A stretch of 64,000 nt of DNA from Eledone cirrhosa (taxonomy: Eukaryota). The translations under genes and the position numbers were made by a program. The notes beneath the pieces were generated by a model, which was not told the origin of the DNA, did no database searches, and saw only the letters and a list, made by a program, of their open reading frames with translations. Location of the stretch: the NCBI GenBank assembly GCA_964016885.1, contig OZ024742.1, forward strand, positions 128,402,001-128,466,000, written 5' to 3'. Below are positions 14,219-27,597 of the stretch, in pieces; the stretch's first letter is position 1, and every line of letters begins with the position of its first letter.

Positions 14219-14575
14219 TGGACATTACTCAATGGACTATACTCAATGGACTGAACTCAATGGACTGTACTCAATGGACTATACTCAATGGACTGAACTC
14301 AATGGACTGTACTCAATGGAGTGTACTCAATGGGCTGTACTCAATGGATTATACTCAATGGACTATACTCACTGGACTGTACTCAATTGACTGTACTCAA
14401 TGGACTATACTCACTAGACTATACTCACTAGACTATACTCACTAGACTATATTCAATGGACTATACTCAATGGACTATACCCACTAGACTATACTCAATG
14501 GACTATACTCAATGGACTATACTTAATAGACTATACTCAATGGACTATACTCACTAGACTGTACTCACTGGACTA
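14219..14575. repeat. 14-bp minisatellite (TGGACTATACTCAA)n, ~25 copies
   Basis: Seen directly. Confidence 0.95.
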
Positions 14576-14801
14576 GTCAGTGGTGGACTGGGTCTAAAAA
14601 TATTGGTTGCCAGGAGATGAAGGAGGGCCACCTACATATAGAATGCTATCATTTCCTTTTTATAATGAATGAATAACATTTTCGAAAAATACAAGTGGAA
14701 AAATACAAGTGGAAACAAAACAGTGAAATCAAATTTTTGTGGAAAAATATTTTACCTTCTCCAATAAAAAATATGTATTTTGTGAAATGCAGAGACTTTA
14801 C

Positions 14802-15212
14802 TAATAACTCGAGGAAAACAATGAATAACAACACATCTTTTTAACTTTGATTTTGAAAGTAGGTTTATAATTATCAATTTTCATTATACTTTTGTAGCTG
14901 TCTTGGTGGCTTAGCTGGAGGAATCATAGACGGTGGTGATCCTGGACTGAAGTTCGATCCTGGTCAGGAGTAGGGTTCCAAGTAAAACTTTTCAGTTTTT
15001 TTCTATGGGTTGTAAAATAAAAACTGAAAAAGGTTACATGTACCGCTTAACCAGGATTGAACTCAACACCAGGATCTCCACCTTCTCTAGTACCTACCAC
15101 TAGGCCACAGAGACAACTACTAAAATCGTACGAAAATTCATACTTATAAACCTACTTTCGAAATTTTCAAGACAAAGTGTTGTGGTGTTTCATGTCTTTC
15201 TTAATGTTATTG
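14802..15212. mobile_element. Fold-back element made of two convergent tRNA-like heads
   Basis: Imperfect ~200-bp arms; A/B-box-like TGGCTTAGCTGG / GTTCGATCC on +, TGGCCTAGTGG / GTTCAATCC on -. Confidence 0.7.
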
Positions 15213-15344
15213 CTCCTACTTAAGGTCGACTTCTAAATCATTTGGGTGTTCTATAAACTACATCCTCGTTTTGTTTCACATCTATCTAGACTATATTTTA
15301 ACCTGTAATCCATGTTTCATTTCTGTTGTATGTATATATATATA

Positions 15345-16210
15345 TGTCTCGACTTCACCTCTTCCCACCCCACACACACTAAACACTCTATTCCCTACTC
15401 CCAACTCCTCAGGATCCGCCGCCTCTGTAGCCGAGAGGCCGACTTCGAGTCCCAGGCCCTTTCCCTAGTCAGCCATTTCATCCGCAGAGGTTACCCCCTC
15501 TCTCGTCCACACCGCTCTCACCCGCGCCCGTGCTGTCCACCGCTCCACCACCCTCACCCCACGCCACCGCACACCCACCCACCGTCTCCCCTTCCCCATC
15601 ACCTACCACCCCTCCACCTTACCCCTCCACCGCACCATCCGCCGCCTCTTCCGACGCCTCCAGTCCGACCCCTCCACCTCCCACATCTTCCCAACCCCAC
15701 CACTCCCCTCCTTCAAACGCGCACGTAATCTCCGCACCCTCCTCGTCCACAGCTCCCTACCCCCCAACCCACGCTCTTCCTCCCCCGGTTCCTTTCCCTG
15801 TTCTAGGCCCCGCTGCAACACCTGTCCCCACGGACACTCCAGGGTCCCAACGGCCACTCTCTCTCTCTGTCCGGCATGCCTTCCGCTGCACCTCCTCCAA
15901 CCTAGTCTACGGACTTCGCTGCACTCCGTGCAGCGCGACTTACGTCGGACAGACGGGACGTCACCTGGCGGATCGATTCACTGAGCACCTCCGGGATATT
16001 CGTCTCGGTGGTAGTTCCCCCATCGCCCGCCACTTTGGTGCCCCTGGACATTCCGCACGCCATCTTCCAGTCTGTGGCCTACTCCAATGCCACGGAACAC
16101 CCGCCAATCTCCTCAGAGTCGAACAAAGAACCATCTTCCTCTTACAGACCCACACTCCCCCCCCCCCGGCCTGAACTCCCCACCCTTATTCCTTTAGCCT
16201 TCGACCACCC
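15345..16210 (+). mobile_element. Penelope-like element 3' part (RT thumb + GIY-YIG endonuclease), frameshifted
   Basis: LDFTSSHPTHTKHSIPYSQLLRIRRLCS; FRCTSSNLVYGLRCTPCSATYVGQTGRHLADRFTEH; starts right after a short (AT)n. Confidence 0.88.
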
Positions 16211-19200
16211 ACCTCCCCCCACACATATCCCCCACTAATACCACTAACACACCCCTCCTTTTCACCGCCCACCCCACAATTAACAATACTAACACCTCCA
16301 CTCCACCCCTCATCCGACCACCCTTCCCCAACTAACATACTAACATCCCTCTCTTCTTATCCTCCCCCCTCCTTATCACACGCACACACCCACCGGCACA
16401 TATATACACGCGCTCACACTAAACACACACCCTACTACCACCACTAACCCTCACCCCCACACCTCCATCCCACCACCCCGCAACTAACATCACTAACACC
16501 CCCTGACCCCAAGCACACGAACACACGCACCCACTTACACCACCCACCCCACACGCAACTAACATCACTAACACCCCCCAACCCCACGCACACGTACCCA
16601 CACACCCTCGTACACCACCAACTCTACACACCCTACCACCACTAACCCCCACTCACACCTGCATTCAACCCTTTCTCCACCTCCCGTATACTAACACCCA
16701 CTAACACCCCCTTCATCAAACTACACACACACCAGTACACCACACTCCCTCCATCGACCCCCACACCCTTCTCTCCCCGCTCCACCCACATCCTTTCTCC
16801 ACACTCACTCATCCCACTAACACCTCTACTAATACACACACACACCCTCCTCACTCCAACTTTCACACCTACCCATCCTCGCCTCTTTACCATTCCACCC
16901 GACTGCTGCTATGCCCTCTGACCACCTCCCAGCACAAACAGACACACAGCACTCCCACCGCCTTGACCACTTCCTGTTGCGCGCGCACCCCACATCTCTC
17001 CTCTTCCGACCATCTCTTCATGGAATACTCGTATGTGGAACTTGACCACCATGGAATCTACTACCATCATAGGAGTTTACCAACATTTCAACCACATCCT
17101 CTTACGGAATCACCTATATAACTCACCCACACACACACCCCCAAAACTTTTTTTTTCTCCCACACACAACACGCTTAAACCCCACACACACGTGCTTTCC
17201 ACCACATATTTACACCTTCAGCCTCCGGATTCCTCTCCCCCCTACCCCTCTATCCACACACGCACACACACTCCGACCTACACCCCACCCCACACACACC
17301 TCTTCCTGAACATGCAACCCCGTTCTTCCCCCAACCCTTGCTTTCACATACACACACACACACACGTACACCTACACACACACACCACCTTCAGCCCTCC
17401 CCGCTCGGACACCCCGTCTCCCTCTCCCCACTCCACCCGCCACCACCCCTACACACCCCACACCCTTCCACCACCTGTTTTACCCCTTTTTACCTGTTTT
17501 ACCCACTAAGCTTTATATTTAGTAGAATGTACAACCACTGATTCCAGCTATTTGCACTGCACTATGGTATATTTTGGTTTCTATTAATTCCCCGGGGAAT
17601 TGGTTGACCAAATGCTTTGCTTAATTGTTTTATTTATTTATTTTTTTTACTTATTCTTTCTCTTAGATTTCAGATATTTTTTTAAAGCAAAGCATTGGCC
17701 CCTAAAATACTATAGTGGGGTTTGCAATGTTACTGTGGGCTCTTGCAATGCTACTGTGGACCCCCTGGGGCCCACTTGCCATTAGGCAACCTAACAACCT
17801 GGCCAGTCTGCCACTGACTATAGTCATATTGTGCTAATGATAGAAGTCATCATTATACTTAATAGTGGGAAAGAAATGAAGTTAATTGGGAAATGTTTTG
17901 TCCTAATCAGAGTTATCTTTCTTTGGGTGGTTTCAGAGAAATGGAAGGAGTTCTAAGGTTTGACTTCCTATAGTCTGCTTGTGTTGTTAAGAGTATTTGA
18001 GCTCAGCCCTTTAAGGTAACAAGGCACTCTTGTTAGCTACATTGTATCATCCAGCTTCACATCTTGTAAGTAGCAGTGATTTGTACTTTTGCATAAGTTA
18101 TAATTATATAACGACACCAGAAGATAGCAAGGGACAAACCTATGGCCTGTTAATGGTTAGCCAATCTGCAATCTACTTACTGGATGATACAATTGATATT
18201 TTTTTCTTAATTCTTTCATTACCAATGTGTTTCAATTAATTTAGAAAATAACCAAAAATTTGATTCTCGGCAGAGCTGTTCTGCTAGAAGAGAGGTTCAA
18301 GTGGTGGATAGTGATTTGGCCACCAAATATGATAGTTAGTTGTGATATAAGTGGGGCTCCTGCTGGATGAATAAGCATGTCCTGATGAAACATAAACTAC
18401 TAAGGAGATGGAGCAATAGCTGACACTGTTAGCTCTCAAGAAAACTGTCACAACCCAGTGATGTAGTTACAATGAAATGAGTAAAGGCTGTCTCTAAAAA
18501 AGCCTAGTCTTCATGGGTCTGAGAAAATGACTAAATAGGTAATTGACATAAAAATGCCCATCAAAAACTGCAGTATTTTCAGATGCAATATAAGTAATCC
18601 TAATGCATCATCCTTTAATTGGGCTAACATGTTACACATTCAGGCTTTTGATAGATGGACATGTTCGAAAAATATATTTCATTAATAAGCTGGTATTTAG
18701 AACATTATTTCACTAAAATGATTAAAATAAAATTAAGATGGAAGGTTTCAATATAAGGATAAACATTTTAAAATGAGCAGTTTTGTATCATAAATGTAGA
18801 GAAGTTTCAGTTGGTTTGAGCTGCCAAGGACCCAATTTATAGAGAAGATAGAATGAAATTGTGTGGAATTCTTGGCTTTCTTTCTCATGGTTGTTAATCA
18901 TGTAAAATACAGGGAATTCTGCTTTAGTCACATACATGCTTGGCAACTCAATTCATCTAAAGTCAATCCCATTCACTACAGAATTTACCTGTTTTAAGGT
19001 CGATAAGTTACCTATCTTGTTGCTATAATAAATAATATATTTCACAGGAATTGCAAACAAAAGGAAACACTTTTCGCAAAAATAGGATGATTGTTCTTCT
19101 TTTGTTTGTTTGTTTTCACTATTGTGATTGATTTCTTAGACTGGCACAATAACAAGGATGAAATAAATACACACACACGTGCACACACACACACACACAC

Positions 19201-19524
19201 ACACACATAGTTATTATTTTATCAACCTAAGAGGCATAAAAAGCAGAATTGAATTCAGTAGGATTAGAAGCCAAAACGATAAACTGCATAACTAAAAGCC
19301 ACAAAATATGTTTTACATAGCTCTACTAATTCTGCTAGAAGAGTAAAATACAGGGTATTTAACTCTCGTGTTGTAGGGGCGCCATCCTGAAACTCTGGCA
19401 GAACCCATCCCTCTCCGGGTCAAAAGAGAAACGGAGGGGAGAGAGAGAAATAGAAATAGATAGATAGATAGATAGAGATAGATAGAGATAGAGAAAAAAA
19501 TTATATAGAAAGAGAGAGAAAGAG

Positions 19525-19559
<35 letters not shown>

Positions 19560-19561
19560 AA

Positions 19562-19594
<33 letters not shown>

Positions 19595-19627
19595 GATAGA
19601 GAAAAAAAGATAGATAGAAAGATAGGT

Positions 19628-19703
<76 letters not shown>

Positions 19704-19969
19704 TGATAAAGGGATATAAAGAATCAGCCCCCAGTACTGGACTGGTACTGTATTTATTGACCAGACCTCAAAAGAATGAAAAACAGTGTTAAGTTAACCT
19801 CAATGGGATTTAAATTCAAAATGCAGTGAGCTGGAACAAATACCATTTTTAATCCAATCCCCTAATGCCTCTGTCAATTCACCTTCTTGATTCTACTGTG
19901 GCTTTATATTATTTAGTTGAATCACTTTATCTCTGATTTCAAGTTTTGCCATTGTTGTCTTAAATGATC

Positions 19970-20177
19970 ATCCTTATGCATTTATATAATTGAATATAAC
20001 AGCCCCTCTTGTGCTATGGGAGCCCACTAATGTGAAGCGCAAATATGGAACACCTCTCAAGACATTAAAGAGAGTTGCTGAGGATAATACAGAATTATCC
20101 GGTGAAGAACTGAGGCAGTTAATGTTGGATCTTGTGAGAAAGGTTTTATCATGTCACCACAAAGAAGTGGATGAATT

Positions 20178-20247
<70 letters not shown>
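19970..20247 (+). mobile_element. LINE (RTE-like) extreme 3' remnant with (AGT)n tail
   Basis: LVLWEPTNVKRKYGTP...EELRQLM resembles RTE ORF C-termini; (AGT)n at 20179-20247. Confidence 0.5.
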
Positions 20248-20248
<1 letters not shown>

Positions 20249-20370
20249 TTAACACCTAAAAAAATACATTACCTTGTATCTCATATTGAAAATGATTGGT
20301 GTGTAGGATTAGCAGAATTTAGTAGATAGCTGCATTTATTAATTTACAGTTATGAATTAAGTCTCTTTAA

Positions 20371-20578
20371 CCCTTTAGCATTTAAACCAGCCATATCCGG
20401 CCAGAATTCTCTCACTTTTTTCTGTTTAAATTGGCCTTAACTAGTCACTCATACTGATGTTAAGGTATAGTTCTCAAAATAAATAATATGAAAATCTCAT
20501 ACATTCGATATTATGTGAGATAAAGCCTTTACGGTGAAAATACAATAGTATATATTGAGTAATGTAAATGCTAAAAGG
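20371..20578. mobile_element. piggyBac-like MITE
   Basis: TTAA|CCCTTTAGCATTTA...TAAATGCTAAAAGG|TTAA; second, inverted copy at 45348-45536. Confidence 0.8.
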
Positions 20579-20689
20579 TTAAGTTAGAAATTCAAATCAT
20601 GTTGAAGACAACTTTGTTTTTATCATTTCAGGATAAAAACAAAACAAAGCAAAAAAGATCATACCAGTCAAGTATAACTGTCTAGTCTA

Positions 20690-20972
20690 AAGTCTATCTT
20701 GAGCTCAGAGGCTCATCAGGCCAGTGTTTATCCTGGGTTTTGTAGTGAGAAGTGACTGAGAGTACCAGACTCCATCTGGACAGGACGCCAGTCTATCATA
20801 GGGTTAATTCCCTCCACGATCTATTACTGGTACTCCTTTTCAGCTGTGTATACTGGAGCAATGTAAAATGAAGTATTTTGCTCAACAACACAATACATTA
20901 CCCAGTCAAGAAATCGAACACGTGACATTATGATCATAAGTCCAATACCCTTACCACTAGGCCATACACCTC
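20690..20972 (-). mobile_element. tRNA-derived SINE with CORE-like middle and Deu/Nin-like 3' domain
   Basis: Minus strand: TGGCCTAGTGG (A box), GTTCGATT (B box), TTGAGCAAAATACTT..TTGCTCCAG, then ACTGGCGTCCTGTCCAG...GGCCTGATGAGCC; related fragment at 44640-44795 (+); domain names assigned from memory. Confidence 0.7.
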
Positions 20973-21428
20973 TGCCTGCTTAAAACAAAAATGTGAGGCT
21001 TGTGCCTATATTGGAAACCATTCATATAAGCAAAATTTGACAGCTGCCAGATTTTAGAATCTATGCAGAAAGACATAAATCTTCCTTTAAATGTGTTTAA
21101 CATCTCACTGCTTAAGGTTTAGTCTACATCATTGTTCCAGAGGAAGACATAATGGAGAAAATGTTGCCTCAAAGGAAGGCGAGGGAGATGCACAGGAACA
21201 GCCACTCCAACTCATTCTAATGGGTAGCCAACTCTGCTCAAATAGAAGTGATTAAGGATGTGATCCAGGGTTGAAGAATGCTGAAAACCACCATTGTTAT
21301 AGGTTTGATAAGAAGCCTGTCCACTCTATGGGGCTTGCTCTCTTGCAGGTAGCCAATTCTGCCCTGAGAGCAGTGAGTTCAAGAACACCAGACCTATAAA
21401 TTGGAGCAAAAATGAAAGAACATTTTAC

Positions 21429-23685
21429 CTGAAGTTGTTAATCCATCACTTGCTGTTGTTGATAGTGATGTTTCTATAGTAGTAGTTCCTATTGTAGTGG
21501 TTATTATTGTTGATGTTGGTGTATCTGTTACAGTAGTAGTAGTTGATGCTTCTGTTACAGTGGTAGTTGTATCTGTTACAGTAGTGGTAGTTGGTGCTTC
21601 TGTTACAGTGGTAGTTGGTGCTTCTGTTACAGTAGTAGTTGGTGTTTCTGTTACAGTAGTAGTTGGTGTATTTGTTACAGTGGTAGTTGGTGCTTCTGTT
21701 ACAGTGGTAGTTGATGCTTCTGTTACAGTAGTAGTTGGTGTATTTGTTACAGTGGTAGTTGGTGCTTCTGTTACAGTGGTAGTTGGTGCTTCTGTTACAG
21801 TAGTAGTTGGTGTTTCTGTTACAGTAGTAGTTGGTGTTTCTGTTACAGTAGTAGTTGGTGTATTTGTTACAGTGGTAGTTGGTGCTTCTGTTACAGTGGT
21901 AGTTGGTGCTTCTGTTACAGTAGTAGTTGGTGTTTCTGTTACAGTAGTAGTTGGTGTATTTGTTACAGTGGTAGTTGGTGCTTCTGTTACAGTAGTAGTT
22001 GGTGTTTCTGTTACAGTAGTAGTTGGTGTATTTGTTACAGTGGTAGTTGGTGCTTCTGTTACAGTGGTAGTTGATGCTTCTGTTACAGTAGTAGTTGGTG
22101 TATTTGTTACAGTGGTAGTTGATGCTTCTGTTACAGTAGGAGTTGGTGTTTCTGTTACAGTGGTAGTTGGTGCTTCTGTTACAGTGGTAGTTGATGCTTC
22201 TGTTACAGTGGTAGTTGGTGCTTCTGTTACAGTGGTAGTTGATGCTTCTGTTACAGTGGTAGTTGGTGCTTCTGTTACAGTGGTAGTTGATGCTTCTGTT
22301 ACAGTAGGAGTTGGTGTTTCTGTTACAGTAGTAGTTGGTGTATTTGTTACAGTGGTAGTTGATGCTTCTGTTACAGTGGTAGTTGGTGCTTCTGTTACAG
22401 TGGTAGTTGATGCTTCTGTTACAGTGGTAGTTGGTGCTTCTGTTACAGTGGTAGTTGATGCTTCTGTTACAGTAGGAGTTGGTGTTTCTGTTACAGTGGT
22501 AGTTGGTGCTTCTGTTACAGTGGTAGTTGATGTATCTGTTACAGTGGTAGTTGGTGTTTCTGTTACAGTGGTAGTTGGTGCTTCTGTTACAGTGGTAGTT
22601 GATGCTTCTGTTACAGTGGTAGTTGGTGCTTCTGTTACAGTGGTAGTTGGTGCTTCTGTTACAGTGGTAGTTGGTGCTTCTGTTACAGTGGTAGTTGATG
22701 CTTCTGTTACAGTGGTAGTTGGTGCTTCTGTTACAGTGGTAGTTGATGCTTCTGTTACAGTAGGAGTTGGTGTTTCTGTTACAGTGGTAGTTGGTGCTTC
22801 TGTTACAGTGGTAGTTGATGTATCTGTTACAGTGGTAGTTGGTGTTTCTGTTACAGTGGTAGTTGGTGCTTCTGTTACAGTGGTAGTTGATGCTTCTGTT
22901 ACAGTGGTAGTTGGTGCTTCTGTTACAGTGGTAGTTGGTGCTTCTGTTACAGTGGTAGTTGGTGCTTCTGTTACAGTGGTAGTTGATGCTTCTGTTACAG
23001 TGGTAGTTGGTGCTTCTGTTACAGTGGTAGTTGATGCTTCTGTTACAGTGGTAGTTGGTGCTTCTGTTACAGTGGTAGTTGGTGCTTCTGTTACAGTGGT
23101 AGTTGGTGCTTCTGTTACAGTGGTAGTTGATGCTTCTGTTACAGTGGTAGTTGGTGCTTCTGTTACAGTGGTAGTTGATGCTTCTGTTACAGTAGGAGTT
23201 GGTGTTTCTGTTACAGTGGTAGTTGGTGCTTCTGTTACAGTGGTAGTTGGTGCTTCTGTTACAGTGGTAGTTGATGCTTCTGTTACAGTGGTAGTTGGTG
23301 CTTCTGTTACAGTGGTAGTTGGTGCTTCTGTTACAGTGGTAGTTGATGCTTCTGTTACAGTGGTAGTTGGTGCTTCTGTTACAGTGGTAGTTGATGCTTC
23401 TGTTACAGTGGTAGTTGATGTATCTGTTACAGTTGTGTCAATAGGTGTTGTGGCTGGTTCTGTGTATATGGTAGTATCTTTTGATGTTGGCAATGTCGTT
23501 GGGTTGTCAGTGGACGAAATAAAAGTGAAACTAGTTCCCGTCTCACCCATTTCTGTTGTCGAAAATCCTCCTGTTCCAGTAGTAAAGGTTGAAGTGAATG
23601 GGTCAGTAGTACAGACACACTGAGTAACACATTCTCCATTATAGATGAAATTCATAAGCAGAATAAGTCCCAAAAGAAATTTCAT
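21429..23685 (-). CDS. First coding exon of a secreted mucin-like (Thr/Pro/Ser/Glu-rich) glycoprotein
   Basis: ATG at 23685 gives the signal peptide-like [19 protein letters not shown], then CVTQCVC and ~80 x (VTEAPTTT); no stops; donor CAG|GTAAAA at 21429/21428, phase 1 (2257 nt = 752 codons + 1). Confidence 0.82.
21510..23430. repeat. Coding 24-bp tandem repeat with 288-bp higher-order duplication
   Basis: Unit TCTGTTACAGTGGTAGTTGGTGCT; the GATGTATCT variant recurs at 22529 and 22817. Confidence 0.97.
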
Positions 23686-24527
23686 AGTGATGTTGTATTC
23701 TGCTGACCCAACGGGCCAAAAGATTAATGAAGGAATGCTTTCACTTTCAATGGATTTACTTTTTTGCAGCACAAAACTGTGATGAGATTGAAGAACAGTT
23801 TGTGTTGTGCTGTTATTAACGTTGGATGTGAAGTCTCTGTGCCAGTTCAAATTCAAACCTAGGAGGAATTCAGTCACTTTTTTGCTTACAAAATTTTCTT
23901 TTTCACATGTAAGTTGTTAAACATCATGGCTTTTTGTATATCAAACAACTGTTAGATTTTACCTTCTTAACTTTACTTCTTGCCAACTGTTTCTGAGTGA
24001 AACTTTGTCTTTTCGATAACTCTCTCTTCCTTCTTCTTGATCTCCCTCACTCTCTCTTTTTACTCAAAACTAATTTATTGTTATTGATAATATTGATATT
24101 GTTATTGTTTTTGTTGCTGTTACTATCGTTATTTCCCTTGTTTTTGTTTTTCATTATTGTTGCCACTGTTACCAATTTTGCAGCTGTTATAATAGCATTG
24201 GATGTTGCTGCTATCGCTGATGATGGTGGTGGTGATTGTGTATCAATTTGAAAGGTAGGGAGAGAGGGTGGAGGCAGGCACTATAGTCAAGTGATGATAT
24301 GATGATTACATTACCTGTTATTAACTACACTCTCTTCCATTCTATCCTAGTCTGATCTCTATGAGAAAGAAGGTGGCAATTCCACCCATAACACCCATTT
24401 ATGTATTTGTCTATCTACCTATGTATTTGACTGTTTTTCTATCTGCCTACCTATCTATTTCTCCATCTACTTACTTACAGATACACACACAAACACACAC
24501 ACACACACATCTCTGAAATCAAGCTGT

Positions 24528-24596
<69 letters not shown>

Positions 24597-24864
24597 CATG
24601 CTTATGATATTTCAGTGGGGCGTGTCAACTCCACTCTTTAATCAATGTTTGCCTGTCAGCCCAGTAACCAATGATACAAAAGGAAAGAAAAGAGGAGGAG
24701 AGGAGGGAGGGAGAGAGGGCGAATATATCAATGGGAGGAGTGTATATTGTATAGTGAGGGGGTGGGATATGGCTGAGTAGAGGTTTCTATATTTGACAGA
24801 TTAACGACAAATCAGAATAAAATTGATGATGTTTTTGCTGTTATTCTTGTAAAGAAATCATCTA

Positions 24865-25500
24865 TTATTTGGCAGGCTCATTAAAGCATTGGACAAAACA
24901 CCTTGCGATATTTGCTTTGGTTCTTCAAATGCCACAAGGGTCAACTTTACTGTTGATCATTGAGGACGGGGTGTTCAATAAAATAAAGTAGCTGTAAAGT
25001 ACTGGGGTCAATATGATTGACTTTCTCCTTCTCTTCAAATTGCGGGCCTTGTGCCAAAAGTAGAAGAAATTATCATTATCCCGCCGAGGTTAACTTTGCC
25101 TTTCATCCTTACGGGGTCGATAAAATAAAGTACCAGTAATGCACTGGGTAATTGCTGGCCTTGTGCCTAAAGTAGAAACAATTATTATTAATATTATTAT
25201 TAATATAGGCGGTGAAGTGGCAGAATCGGTAGAGGGTCGGACGCCATGCTTTGCAACAAAGAGTTACGGCCCTTTATGGTCTGAGTTCAAATCCTGCCGA
25301 GGTTAACTTTGCCTTTCATCCTTAGAGGTTTGATAAAATAAAGTACCAGTAATACACTGGGATAATTGCTGACCTTGTGCCAAAAGTAGAAACAATTATT
25401 AATATTGATAATTGGCAGTATTGGTAGAGTGTTGGATATCATGCTTTGCCGCATAGAGTTACATCCTGTTATGTTCTGAGTTCAAATCCCATGGAGGTTA
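24865..25500 (+). mobile_element. Head-to-tail cluster of tRNA-derived Meta-domain-like SINEs (3-4 full or partial copies)
   Basis: TGGCAGAATCGGTAG (A box), GAGTTCAAATCC (B box), GTTAACTTTGCCTTTCATCCTT...GATAAAATAAAGTACCAG, (ATT)-rich tail; most complete copy ~25208-25405. Confidence 0.8.
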
Positions 25501-25605
25501 GATCCCCCCCCCCCTCAGGTCCTACAAACCCACCAATAAGTGTATATAAGCAGATCTCGGGATCTCTGTCAACAGCTTACATGTGTCTTTGCGTATATAA
25601 GCTCA

Positions 25606-25692
25606 CGTATCTGATGAGATGTCAAAAAAGAGTTGGATCCCGTCACCTTGATTGTACCCTGAGCTGATCAATATCAAAACAATTGCAATATG
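25606..25692 (+). ncRNA. Decayed type-I hammerhead ribozyme in a pLTR-like island
   Basis: cgtat-CTGATGA-gatgt...atatc-AAAA (for GAAA)-caattgca-atatg; TATA upstream, AATAAA downstream. Confidence 0.4.
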
Positions 25693-25745
25693 CAAATAAA
25701 GTTTGTACATATGCTGCAACACTGACTCTTTTAACCCCCCTCCCC

Positions 25746-25807
<62 letters not shown>

Positions 25808-26159
25808 GTATATAGTAGTAAAAAACTGGAAGGTTATATCCAAAGTTGGTAGAGCACTCAGTCCAAAGGATGAATTCGGTATAGAGTTAGTTCCACAACA
25901 AATTAGCAACCCATATTTGAGGACACATGTTTCACCTGAGGGATTTTTCAGCTTGTGTATTGTGTATAGTTATAATGAGAATAGAAGTATATATGAGCTG
26001 GCTGGATTCTGAGCAGCAGATGTTGGTAGTTTGATGACAATGGACACAACACAATTTGACTATTATAGGGGGAACATCTTTTGAAGAACGATTGTTTGAG
26101 GTAGTTCAGTCCGAGTTAAACTTCTTGTTATCATGGATCCTTCCAGATATGTAATAGAA

Positions 26160-27510
26160 GCTTCACAATGATTTAAAAATATCAGCTCTTGAGTTAAGGC
26201 AAGTACTGTTATATAACCCCTGCAACATATTCACTCTTTCACCAATACACAGCTTACAGGACACTGCTCCATTTCCGTATGGTCTCAATTTGGTTATAAC
26301 TTTCCATTGAATGGAGAAATTCATGTCTGCATCCTGAGTGACCATATGTGGCTTGCCAGCTTCTTGGACAATCACTTATCAGAGTGTGTAAAGGTTGTCT
26401 CATGGTTAAGGAAGCATTTTTAAACTGACCCTCTGACATACCTACATATGTTTTGACCTCCTGTTGTTGATTCAGTTGAGTGGATGTAACTTCAGCCTCA
26501 TAGATGACTGCAGGTGTATTACATTATTGTTGAAGAGGGCATGATTCTGGCTTTCTGCAAGAGCATCCGAGTGGGGAGAGCTCTTGGGGTTGGTGGTGAT
26601 GTGGGTTTTCATATTTTTAGTACAGGAATATCAGAGTTTCACCCTGTGTCTATTAAACATAAGTCTGTATTTATGTCCTATAGGGAAGTGTTTGTCTAGG
26701 AGCACTAAGAATTTCTTACCTATATTAGTTCTAATTCTGAGCGAGAAGAGTGGACGGAACCAAATTATTTTTTATTTCTATTTTTCTTTCTACTGGTAAG
26801 AAATTTTATTGGAGAAGCAGCTGTTGGTTAACGCAATGTTATAGTAAGGTGTTGCTCTGTCAGAGATGGCCTTAAAAGAAAGATTATAAATCCTAGTACT
26901 GATGTTTTTAACAAAGTTTTTAAAGACTGTTGGTGGGTGACATGATTCCTTGTGTATTTAAGCTAATTTGTCATTAAGTTTGTGGAAAGGTCTGAATGTG
27001 TGTGTGCAAAGGTTAAGGTTGATGTCTAAATCATTTATGCTAGTCAGATTGGTGGTCAGAGTGAGCTTAAGTCCTAACTCATTGACCATGGCTATCTGTT
27101 TTTTTCCTAAATTATTCAAGGTCACGACCACTTTTATTGCTCAATAGAGTCAGACCATTGCCACAGTATAAACCTGTGTGCAAGTCCAAGAATTTGACTC
27201 GCAATGTATCTAATATATATAACTTATACATCACCACTATCGAATGATCCCATTGAGACATCAAATAGTTCTGAGGTAGTTGATTTTTTTTGCTCAGGCT
27301 CCACCATTACTGAAGAGGACACTTTATCCAACTGTGTCGCTGAGTAGAAGTCTACTATTTCAAACTGGGTGAATTTAGCTTTGTTGGTGTTGAAGGAGTT
27401 AAACCACTTAACAACAGGTTGAATTTCTTCCTAATGGTCCTAAATACACTTCTAAGAATATATTTGCTAACTAGCCCCATCTCTGTCCATATTGGGTTGT
27501 TGTGGAGCTA
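26160..27510 (-). mobile_element. Degenerate Naiad-type Penelope-like element (RT + GIY-YIG)
   Basis: Minus-strand translation fragments LFDVSMGSFD, CSCRKPESCPL, VIYEAEV, YVGMSEGQFK, CKLCIGE, LNSRADI; same architecture as ORF 62112..62936. Confidence 0.78.
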
Positions 27511-27532
27511 ACTCTCTCTCTCTCTCTATCTA

Positions 27533-27563
<31 letters not shown>

Positions 27564-27597
27564 TGGAAAATGTGTGAGATCCTTGGTACAGTTAGGT

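Larger units (their letters stand above)
14578..17816. mobile_element. Possible hAT-like non-autonomous element enclosing nested insertions
   Basis: CAGTGGTGGACTGG at 14578 vs CCAGTCTGCCACTG ending 17816 (12/14 inverted match); 8-bp flanks match only partly (ggactagt / actatagt). Confidence 0.3.

Noticed and set aside
14219-14575. Regular repeats here and at 45590 or 13780 as CRISPR-like arrays
   Set aside because: No unique spacers, eukaryotic context; these are plain minisatellites
20272-20329. Candidate second exon of the mucin gene (AG...AAG|GTAATG on the minus strand)
   Set aside because: Phase-1 reading hits a stop after three codons and the sequence looks SINE-derived
21497-23623. 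708-aa Val-rich ORF on the + strand
   Set aside because: Antisense shadow of the Thr-rich repeat; signal peptide and splice donor are on the minus strand
23686-23877. In-frame N-terminal extension of the mucin ORF
   Set aside because: Starts at GTG; the ATG at 23685 directly precedes a signal peptide, so this is more likely 5' UTR
25208-25300. tRNA genes
   Set aside because: A/B boxes belong to SINE heads; no complete cloverleaf seen
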